Made by a program: the position numbers and the translations under genes
Part shown: positions 1 through 10,950 of the stretch, one piece after another
Layout of the letters: each line of letters begins with the position of its first letter
Numbering within the stretch: position 1 is the first letter of the stretch
Notes under the pieces: generated by a model
Told to the model about the DNA's origin: nothing
What the model saw: the letters and a program-made list of their open reading frames with translations, nothing else
Database searches by the model: none
Origin: Vicugna vicugna
Lineage: Eukaryota
DNA length: 64,000 nt
Direction: 5' to 3'
NCBI GenBank assembly: GCA_013265495.1
Contig: MU057930.1
Coordinates: 1,752,057 to 1,816,056 of the forward strand

Positions 1-1011
1 TCTAGTAATTTCTACTTAAAACACCTGTGTGTGTATTATTATAATGGCTCTTCACCATGCATTTTAAAAGATGAAACACTCTCAAATAAAGCTACAGCCA
101 AACTCTGATTTCCCAGGAAACACTCCAATATTGATTGAAAAGTAGAAAGAGACTTGTGAAAAACCAAGAGTGTGACTCAGCGTTTCACAGAGAAATGTTA
201 ATGAAAATATCTTCTCATCCATAACTCCAACAGTAACATAAATCCTAATTAAAATCCAACTAGCATGTGCTGTCTTGTTAAATGATGATGAACTGTCTGA
301 GATTTCTTTGAAGTTTGAGTTGCTAGGAATAAGACTGCCTATTTAATGCCTGGAAAATAAAGCAGTCATTCTCTGAATTCTAAACTACTCTAAAGAGACT
401 ACAGCTCTAATACAGTATTCTGCATTATCACTATCAATTGGTGTCTCCTGTCTTCTTATTCGTGTTAAGATCAGAATAAATCAGACACTGACATTGTGTG
501 GGAACAGACTTGGGTATTCAAACCCCCTTTTTGAGAACAAGTTAAAATTTGCATGGTCCAAAACATCTTAAAAATCCAGAACTGAAATCACATTCACTGA
601 TTACAGTATCAACACTGATGAGAAAGTGATGAGAAAGGCAGGTAGACCAGCAGGACACTCAGCACACAAAGCAGCTTTGCCCCAAAGAACTCTCCATTCA
701 GGAAGAAAATGTTGCAGAAAGGAACAGGTGCCACAGCCCACTCTCTGTTGAAAGTATGCCATCTAGTAAGTTCCCCCTACTATTTCCCTCCCTCCACGGG
801 CTTCACCCTCAGGGCAAGTGGGAAACACGTGCAAATTCAGGCTTCCTAGGGGCTTGAAGGTGACCGCCACCATATCTAAAAAAAATCAGAGAACAGCAAG
901 TCTTGATGGATGAAGGAAACTGGAGTTTTTATATCCATAGGTCACCTGCCCTGGAGTGAGAAACCATTAATCCAAGTATCAACTTTATTACTATTAATGT
1001 TTTGTTTTTCA

Positions 1012-1603
1012 AGGGAGCCCTCCTCCACTGCTGGTGGGAATGCAGTTTGGTGCAGCCCTATGGAAAACAGTATGGAGATTCCTCAGAAGACTAAAAATGG
1101 ACTTACCATATGATCCAGCAATCCCACTCTTGGGCATATATCTGGAGTGAATTCTAATTTGAAAACATACATGCACCTCAGTATTCACAGCAGCACTATT
1201 TACAATGGCCAACACATGGAAACAACCTAAATGTCTATTGACAGATGACTAGATAAAGCAGCTGTGGTGTATTTATGCAATGGAATACTACTCAGCCATA
1301 AAAAAGGATAAAATAATGTTATCTGAAGGAACATGGAGGGACCTGGAGATCATCATTCTAAGTGAAGTAAGCCAGAAAGACATAGAAAAATACCGTACGA
1401 TATCACTTATATGTGGAATCTAAGAAAAAAAAAAAGGAAAAAAGGACACTATGAACTCATCTACAAAACAGAAACAGACTCACAGATATAGTAAACAATC
1501 TTATGGTTATCAAGGAAAGGGGGTGGGAAGAGATAAATTTGGGACTTTGAGATTTGCAAAGGTTAACCACTATATATAAAAATAGATAAAAAACAACAAA
1601 AAA
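1012..1603 (+). mobile_element. Young LINE-1 3' fragment (ORF2 C-terminus plus part of the 3' UTR)
   Basis: Typical L1 motifs GGTGGGAATGCAGTTTGGTGCAGCC, CCATATGATCCAGCAATCCCACTC and GGAATACTACTCAGCCATAAAAAAG; closely similar to other copies in this window. Confidence 0.9.
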
Positions 1604-1619
1604 ATCTTTTCACATACAA

Positions 1620-4600
1620 TGATCAGTTCACAAAGATAACCAAGCATGTAAAGAAAGAAACAAGAAGCCACAGATAAGACGTAACAGAAATAAGTCACTA
1701 AAACAGGATGCCCTGTGCAAATAAGAGTGCATGATAGCCCAGTTTTTTTTTTGAAAAAAAAATTTCAAAGAATTTCAAGAACTCTGCAGGGAGTGAAAAA
1801 TGATTCCAAAACAGGGTAAAAGATATCTTAAAAGATCAAGTGGAAATTCTGGATGACAGTATCCGAAGAAAAGCAAATTCAGCACAGTGGGTCAGCGTCA
1901 GACGAGATGAGAAAAAGTTGAAGAGAAAATGAGTGTATTTATGGAAAGGTGAGAAGAAATGACCCAGAATGTGTCATGGAAAGATTTTTTTTTTTAAGAT
2001 AGAGAATATAGAAAGGAGAGTTAGAAATAGGGAAAACAAAATGAGAATTTCAGAGAGATGCATAGTCAGAATACTTGGCCCATGAAGATATCAGACAGTG
2101 AGGTCAACAACCAAGAGAGAGAAACAGAACCAGGGTGACTGAGGCGCAGGAAATCCGTGACGTAGAATTTAAGGTAACTGGGGAGAATGTATTCAAAAAA
2201 GACAAAATGGGAGAATTTCAAAAATGTGCAAATTTTATAGAGCAACAAAAATTAATTCTAGAAGGGTAAGAAAAGGGCGTTAACAGAATTAGGAATTTGG
2301 TGCACTGGTTGAACCACACGTTAGATACAGAAGGAAAGAGAATTAGCGAAATGAATTATAGGTCCAGAGGAAAAAAAACAGTGCTGAGTGAAGTTCAAAA
2401 ATAAAACTGAATGAAAATACAAAAGCAAAGGTAAAAATGGAGTCCCAGAGAGAAAGTCTGGGAGGTGTGCAATTAGATTACCAACAGGAGAGCAGAAAAA
2501 AAAAAAACCCAGCAGTGATACTTGAAGAAGAAAGGACTGAGAATTCTCAGAACTTCAAAAAAGCAGTACTACAGAACTTCAGATGATTGAGGAATTCTAA
2601 TTGGAGAAATTAAAAGAATGCCATAACTAGTTGCATTACAGTAAAACTGCAGAGACTCAAACACAAACAACCTTTGAAATACTCATGGGATATAGACTTG
2701 AGCAAAGAAATCATTTTCCAAGGAGTAAATATTGCTCTATAGTAGCAATAAAGTCCAGAGATGAGGAGAATGGTTTCCTTGATGGCCGAAAGGAAAGAAT
2801 TGCCAAATAAAATTCAGCTAGGATAGCTGGTCAAGAAGAGGGCATTACAGGATACTTTCAGAGCAAGCTGAGGTTTCTCAACAGCGCACGAGCTCTAAAA
2901 AACATTTTAGATAATTAGATTTTGTGAAGAGAATTCTCACAGATGAAGTCAGAGGCACAAGAGGTAATAAAAAACAAACAAAATGATGTTAACTTGGGGG
3001 AAATTAAAATTAATGTTGAGTAAATTAAATGAACACATGGTTCCGGTGAGATTCCTAAAACACACACATGGAAAATCAAAAGGCAGTTATAACAGGTAAG
3101 TCAGATGGATGAACATGGAGTGAAAATATATTTACTATGTAGCATTTTCATAGACGTGGCAGTTGTATTAATTAAAATTCATGATTCTGTTAAGGATCCA
3201 TGTTGCAATTTGCAACGTTCTCCACTGAAAGAAAACAGGCAGAGTGTTTTAACTCTCCACACACTGGGGAAGGCAGGGAGCAAGAGAACAGAATGATTAA
3301 ACAAAAGAAAGAAACAATTTAAGGAGAGCAAAAAGGAAAGGGAAAAAACCGAAGTATGGTAGCAAAAGCACACATTTAGGACAGAAGATTTAACACAAAG
3401 ATATCAAAAATTAAAAGCAAATATTGGTGGATATACAGGCAAAAAGCAAAGATCAGCAGACCCTGATATACACCATCTACAAAAGACACAATTAAAACAT
3501 GAGCTATGAAAAAGGCCAGAAGTAAAAACATGGAAACGTTATATTCAACGGGATTAGTAACAAAAATATGACGGTATTCATATCAAGCTGAACAGACATT
3601 AAGGCCCAAAGCTGTAACAGATGTAGAGAGGAGCCCTGCATGATGGTAAGAATTCCAAACAGCCACCAAGCACTACAAATTCCATGCACTAAACTGATAA
3701 GCACATAACATGCACAAAATAAAAGTTCATAAAAACATAGAGATGGGAAAAATCCATCCCATCACGGGAAAACTTAACAGGCTTATCTTAGTAACTGACA
3801 GAGCTTGGAAATTATCAGTAAAATCACAGAATACGTGCACAATATAACAACACCTTGCGTTATTAGATGGAAACAAACTATTCCAAATCGTTACTGCAAA
3901 ATAAACGCTCTCCTCACGCAGGCAAAACACATCGACAAGGACGCAAAAGTTTAAAATGTAACTTAGAAAAACATCTGTTTGGAAAGCAAAGAATCCTCTC
4001 TGAAAAAAAAAAATTCACAAGTCAAAGGAAAACTCAGAGTAGAAATTACAAAATGTTTTATCTAAAGGAGCAAATATCACTTACCCCATTTGTAAGGGTT
4101 AAGAACCGCTCACTGGCTAAGTGCGTTTCTTGAGCCAAGTTCACGGGTATACAGTGAGATTTCAGAAATGAGGAAATTTGAAAATTAATAAAATACACTT
4201 ATACTTCAGGAAGATAATAAAGTAACAATAAGATTAATGAGGAGGAAAGATTAAGGACAGGAATTACTGAAATTAAATCAACATATAGTAAAGAAAGGGA
4301 ACACAAGTTGGTTCATTGGTGAGTGTACTCAAAGAGCCAAAAGGATGAGTTACACCAATAAAGCAAGAGGGCATACATATTTGGGGAATAAAAAAAGCTA
4401 ACAGAATATCAAGACATGCCTGCAGCCATTAAAAGATAAAAAGAATTATTAATTTCTGTATTTTGCTAACTTTGAAAACTTAAAAGAAATGGAAAAACTT
4501 CTAAGAATTACAGCCTACCTAACACCAGTGACCCAGAAATAAATAGAAAACCTGAAGGGTCCCATAATCACAGAGGATTTCAAATTAGGTGTCAGAACTC

Positions 4601-7030
4601 ATGACACAGAGAACATTCTCTGCAGAAATGGCTACACGCATCGGTTCTGGGAAGTATTAAGAGGGACATATTCTCAGCCTTAAGCAAACTGAACTGTCCT
4701 TTAATTTGTTCTCTGATAGTGTAACATGCACTCCAAACCCAGCAGCGAACAGGACTAAGAAATGATAAATCAAGTCACGTGTGACCAATATTTAGTAACA
4801 TACAAAAAGTGTTAAGAATTTACCACTACCAATTTCGGTTTAACTCCAACACACAAAGTTGTATTCACATTAGAATACATAAACGTTCTCATTATAGTCT
4901 AATATAATACAATATGTGTTACAATATATCTAAACGGTGTGCACATATATATCAAAGAAAATCAATACAGTAACAAAATTAAGAAAAAAGGATGACCAAC
5001 TGAACACATTTACAAATATATGATGATAAAATGTAACAGCCGTGTACAAAGATTTTAGCCAACTAAGAATAGAAGGGAACTGCTCCATGTGATACAAATT
5101 CTCAAGTAAAAGCCTTTGGTAGAAGTCATTCCAGCTGGTTAAACGCCGGAAACACTGCCTTTGAAGCCGGACATTAAAAAAAGAAACACTGACATCCTTG
5201 TTTCTATTTGAGATTGACTGCACTTAGGTCTTACTTACTGCAGTAAAGGGAGATAAATAAACATGTATAAAGATTGAAAGAGGAAGTGTTAAATTTGTTT
5301 TTACTCACAGATGAGACATGTGCATGTAGAAAATCCGAAACAATAAGAATGTAATATATTCGCTGAGTATAAAGCCAATATTAAACAAAGATAATATATT
5401 TCATATTGTGGCAATAGCAGGAAAATGGAGCTTTTTTTAAAAAGATGATCTGAAAACATCAATTCCTACAAATCAATTAAGCAAAATGTGTACCAGACCT
5501 CTATTTAGAATTCTGCAAAACAGTTCTGAGAAAAAAAATAAACATACTTAAATTAGTATTAAGGATATACTATATTCATGAATTGGTCTATTCAATATTG
5601 AAAGGTGTCCAATAAGCCAGATCTGACCAAGATGAATTAAATACTTACTTGAAAATTAGGTGTTGGTTTGTTTCTTTTCCCAAGGAGAAATTCTAAAGTT
5701 TATGCAAAATTTCAAAAATAGCTAATACTCGCTGACAAAACAAGGGGAGAAAGCTTGCTATGTGCTATATTGTGAATTATTATAAAATACAATATTTAAG
5801 AAAAAATATCAACACAGAAGTAGACAAAGAAACTAAAAGAACTTTGGGTATAGTGGAGAAATGCTTTTCTTTTTGAGAAATGTTACTGTGATGTTTAATT
5901 ATCTGACTGGAAAAATAAATTGTACCCATTACCCAGACAACACAAACATAATCTACTCCACATGGAACTGTAATACCAAAGACAAAAGTAAGCTTTTTAG
6001 GACAACATAGAAAGATACGCTCACATCTTTGGGTGGGAAAAGTTATTTTAAACAAATTTGCAAATGCATTAATCCAAAATGGTTGTAAAGTCAATTAACT
6101 AACTTTAAGAACTTCCAGTTCATGAAAAGAAATCTTTAAAGAGGGCAAAAGGCGATCTAGAGGATATGAGACATCTGCAATGCATGTAATTGTTGAAGCG
6201 CACTCGTCAAAATGCATCAAGAAGAAAAAGATAGACAAGCCCACGGAAAAACCGATAAAAGGACCCTTCACCAGACAGGAAATAAAATGGCTGGTAGGGA
6301 TACGGAAATGCTTCAACCTCAGGAAACCATGAACTAGAAACACTTGTGAACGTCCATGAACAGTCACTAGAGTATAACAAGAAAGCAAAATTCTGAAAAC
6401 CCAAATTCACTGGTGCGGATTTCATGCTGCTGGTGAAGACATTTATTCCCATGTTGGTGAACAGTTCATTCTTGTCTACGCTCATTAGAAATGAAGATGT
6501 ATTTCAAAGAACTGTTACAACACTCAGGATTGTAACAGCTAAGACTGGAAATAATGCACCTATCTGTGAGCAATACAATGGACCAATGGATTCTCAGACA
6601 GTCATGGGATGGAGTACTATACAGGAATGAACACGAATGGGGTAGATCTGCATAAAACAACACACAAGGACTTTTAAAGACACAATCGTGCATGAAAAGA
6701 ATGCAGCAGAAAAGAAGGCAAGGCTCCATTCATTTAAAGTCCCCAAACACGTAGAATTTAATCTCTCTGATTTGGGTTTGCTTATATTGGTGGGAAACTA
6801 TACAGACGACACAGAAATCATCTGCATAAAAGTCAGAATAACAGTTACCACCTGGGTGGGAACAGAGTTGTAACAGGAAAAGAGCAGGTGCTGTTGTGAG
6901 AATGTACACATTTTATTTCTTGACATGGTGGGTGGTCACGGGAATATTTGCTTCAAGTTTTTACATTGCACCGAATATGGATGCTGTCGGAACTTCTCTG
7001 GATGTTGTATTTCAGGGGTGACGTGTTGTT
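1620..7030 (+). mobile_element. Ancient, heavily degenerate long LINE-1 (L1M-type; ORF1-, ORF2- and 3' UTR-like segments)
   Basis: About 5.4 kb of strongly A-rich + strand. Degraded ORF1-like (about 1900-2950), endonuclease/RT-like (about 3400-6400) and old L1MC/ME-type 3' UTR-like (about 6450-7030) segments are in the expected order. No intact ORF. Confidence 0.7.
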
Positions 7031-7808
7031 AAATTAGTGTAAATCTAATTGCAGCATCAATGTGGAGTAAGTTACCTTCTCTGTGTGTTCCTCTGTTATT
7101 TGTAGCTTCTGATGGGTGCCTCTGAACTGTCCATCTTGCCATGGAATAAAATCCCACATTACTGGAGAGACACTAGGGACAATGCGAAGGTGCTACTCTG
7201 TCCTGCTGTTCCAGGCAACCAGGAGAAGTGTGGGGGGAAGCCCCACTGAGCCTCCCGGCCCTGAAGGGATGCCAGCCTTCAGGCTCCCCTAACTTTGCAC
7301 CTTTTCCTACAAGACCAGCGGCCGGCTGAGAGCCCAGAGTCCACTCATTCCCAGATGGCAAACTCTAACCCAAAACGGAGTGGTCTCTGCATACATTCCA
7401 CGCATATGCTCACGTCTGCAGCGTTGTCTGAAGCTTACGGGACACTTTTTCTTTTTCTGGCTGCCTGTGTGCATGTGTGATAATTTGTTGCCCCATTCCA
7501 AAAAATCTACAGCAATTGCTACTGTATCTTTAGCAATTGATCAAGCCACATGAGATATTCAGTTAGTTCTATGGAAATGATATGAAATTTTTAAAGATTC
7601 ATAATACCATTTTGGGGGAAAAAATGACCTCATGCCACAGAAAGCACATTACCTAGGTTTTAGCATCGAGGGTTATAGATGACTGTGTAACTGGCCAAAA
7701 TTAGGCTGAAGATACACGACACAGCGAGGAATCATTTCATTAAACAGACTTTTAGAAGGTGAGGCTGCAAAATGAGCTTTCCTTAAAAAAAAAAAAAAAG
7801 CATGGTGC

Positions 7809-8188
7809 CAGAAAGAGAAAGGAAAATATTTTATGATATCACTTATACGTGGAATTAAAAAAAGAGAGAGAGACAAATGAACTTATTTATAAAACAGAAA
7901 CAGACTCAGACTAGAAAACAAACTTGTGGTTGCCAGGGGGTAAAGGAGAAGAGGAGGATAAATTAGGAATTTGGGATTTGCAGACACACACTACTGTATA
8001 TAAAATAGATAAACAACAAGGACCTACTGCAGAGCACAGGGAACTGTATTCAGTATCTTGTAATAGTCTAGAGTGAAAAAGGATATGAAAAGGAATATAT
8101 ACATATATGCATGTATAACTGAATCACTATGCTGTACCCCAGAAACTAACACAACATGGTGAACCAGCTACACTTCAATTAATTTTTT
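7809..8188 (+). mobile_element. 5'-truncated LINE-1 3' UTR with target-site duplication
   Basis: L1 3' UTR motifs; 13-bp TSD AAAAGCATGGTGC at 7796-7808 and 8189-8201. Confidence 0.9.
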
Positions 8189-8734
8189 AAAAGCATGGTG
8201 CAAATCATAGCTCCCAAGGAATGCCATCCCTCAGAATAGTCAATTTGGAGAAGTGTACAGGTGGCACGTAGGTGCCTCAGAGCGTTTCAGTTTCCTTTTC
8301 AATGTGCCTTAAAAGCTAGCTGGATCAAGCTAACATTTATTTATAGCCGTACCTTGTTTTCCATTTAAAATTGCATTATGCAACGTGGTTACCGACCGTG
8401 CTTAACAGAACCTTGGCTGTTTCCAAATATAAACCCCTCCTTCAGGATTAAGGGCTGCCTCAGAGCAAGATATTGCAAATAAATTACCGAGGGCTTTCAA
8501 GCAATTTAAAATGAGCAGAAACCCAAGAGATTCCAGCCGTCTTATTTTACTGCAATTAGAGTCTTGCTTCTGTAGGGACTCACCTGTGTATGATTGCGTC
8601 CCTTTGGGGTACAGAATTTCTGATACGCTTGCTAAATTGTATCAGCCTAATTATGTAATGGCCAGCACTTACATACCTTCAATGTTTTATGGGTATTTAT
8701 TCAAATATTTTCCAACTCACACCGTCTTCAGGAG

Positions 8735-9285
8735 GTAAGTCGATACATAAACCTTGGTCCATGCAGACAATGGAATATTACTGAGTGCTAAAAAGGAATG
8801 AGCTCCCGAGCCATGAAAGACATGGAGGAACCTTAAATGCATTTGATGGAGCAAAACAAGCCCATCTGAAAAGCATACAGACTGCATGATTCTGAGTTTA
8901 TGACCTTCTGGAAGAGGCAAGACGATGGAGACAGTGGACAGATCAATGGTTGTCAAGGTTCACGGGATGGAGAGGCAGGAAATGGGGGAGCACAGAGGGT
9001 TTTCGGGGCAGTGAGACTACACTGAAGGACATTGCAATGATGGACACATTGCCCAAACCCCCAGAACGTATGCCGCCAAGAGGGCGTGCTGACGTTGGCC
9101 ATGGGCTTCCGGTGGTGCGGCACCCAGGCGGGTTCATCCTGGGTCAGAGGCGTGCTGCTCTGGCGGGACACGTGGGCGACGGTGGCGGTGAGGGGCTGGG
9201 GCTCTACGGCAGAGGTCTGGACCTTTCTCTCAGTTCTATTCTAAACCTAAAACTGCTCTTAATAAAGTCCTTAAAAAAACCCAAA
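8735..9285 (+). mobile_element. Old LINE-1 3' end, L1MC1-like
   Basis: CAATGGAATATTACTGAGTGCTAAAAAGGAATGAGCT...CATGGAGGAACCTTAAATGCAT...CCTAAAACTGCTCTTAATAAAGTC resembles the recalled L1MC1 3' end. Confidence 0.8.
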
Positions 9286-10319
9286 AAAGTCAACAACCGA
9301 AGGCCAGACTTTGGAGGAAATGGAGATTCTAATAATTTCTGAAACAATATTGACTCTTATGAGAATAAGAGAAAACGGTCCTAAAATAGTTTTTAAAATT
9401 TCTTAAGTACAAGAAATAAAATTTTATTTTATTTAAAAATTTTACAATTTTTTAAGTTAAAAAAATATATACACACACACTCGCTGGAATTAAAAACTAA
9501 GCAGAAAATGAATTTCCTAGAAAGTCATAAAAAGGATGATACACTATGTGACATATATATATATATAAATATTTATTTGTACATATTATATTATACATAT
9601 ATATGTATACATAATTAAATGGTTTAAATAACAAATTTGGGAGACTTCCCAAATTTGGGAAATTTTTCAAAGGCGAGAGTATGAAAAACCGATGGGAAGA
9701 AATCGCCGAGAAAAAAAAGAAATTAACCAGACTGTTCCTTCTACCACAGGCAGTGAGTCTCCAAATGGCATAAGAAGCCTTAAACGTTAGGCTTGGCACA
9801 CTGACATTTCTCCGTAGGGACTGAGTGCCTCGTACCGGCTTCCCCTGACGGTTTGATCAGTACTGTCACGGTGGAATCTTCCATCTCCGAGGCCAGGAAA
9901 TAAGGAGAGGGCGGAGAACTTTCTCCCCACCTCGGGGACCCTCGTCGTTTCGAAAAGGAGAGGCAGACCGGCGTTCGCACGCCTGGGGCTTCCCTGGGCC
10001 GCTGGGTCCTCCACGAACAAGGCAGGAATAGGTCAGGAGTGGACGCACACCAAGGAAGTAAGGTTTCGTCAGGACGCAGCATTCACGGGGAGACGTGGGG
10101 ATGCTATCCGTCCACGCCAATAGCAGGAAACAGGTGTGCGCGATGACCGCCGGCGAGCACACGTCCTGAGAAGGCAGGGGACGTCGCCTGCCAAGCCAGT
10201 GAGGAATGACTGCCACTGGGGATAAAGGCCCTGAGAACGCCGCGTCCAATGTGAAGACGGGCTTCTGCCTGCACGGGCGTCCGCTGTCTCCTTGTGTTTC
10301 ATGCTAGACCTCGGGGGGC

Positions 10320-10420
10320 AAAGGGAAACAAAGGTTTTCGAGGCACAGAAAGATTAAGGAACGTGTCCAAGATCGCAGCCAGAGCTGGAAGTACCCAAGC
10401 GAGGATTTGTATCCAGGGAC
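10320..10420 (-). mobile_element. MIR SINE fragment
   Basis: GAGGCACAGAAAGATTAAGGAACGTGTCCAAGATCGCAGC...GGATTTGTATCCAGG resembles the MIR core. Confidence 0.5.
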
Positions 10421-10507
10421 TTAAAAAATGGCTTCAAAAGATCTCTCCTCCTGGCTCCTGCATGTCCAGTGTCCTAGGAACAGCCTGATGCGGGGCCATC
10501 CACATGC

Positions 10508-10705
10508 CCAGGTTTGTCAGCAGCAGCCACACCACGGAGGGCTGACCGTCTATCGCTGGGGGCTGTTCTGTGAACTGAGGGATGCTGGGCAGTATGGCTT
10601 GGTCCCCACCCTCTAGATGTGACCACCTCAAGTTGTGACAAGCAGAAAGATCTCCAGACACAGCCAATGTCCCCCTGGAGGCAAATGTGTCCCCAGGGAG
10701 GGCTG
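10508..10705 (-). mobile_element. MER20 (hAT-Charlie) DNA transposon
   Basis: AGTTGTGACAAGCAGAAAGATCTCCAGACACAGCCAATGTCCCCCTGGAGGCAAA matches the reverse of the recalled MER20 consensus. Confidence 0.8.
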
Positions 10706-10744
10706 GCTGGCTAGAGTGATTGTCTTGTAAGTGACGAAGGCAAA

Positions 10745-10950
10745 GCTTTGGGTCAGCAGGTATTGGAGCTGTTGAATTCTGGAAGCAGGTGACTCTTCAT
10801 GTGGGGTGGTCCCGTGTGTCGCAGGGCAGTCACGACTGTCCCTGAGATGCCAGAACCCCGCTGTGCTCTCGCAGTGACAACCAGAAAGGTTTGCCGACGC
10901 CACTCGTCACTGAACGAAGGGCACTGTCGTCCATGGAGGGGAGCCACGGT
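10745..10950 (-). mobile_element. Second, more diverged MER20-like copy
   Basis: GTGGGGTGGTCCCGTGTGTCGCAGGGCAG...AGATGCCAG...CAGTGACAACCAGAAAGGTTTGCCGAC is colinear with the adjacent MER20. Confidence 0.55.
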
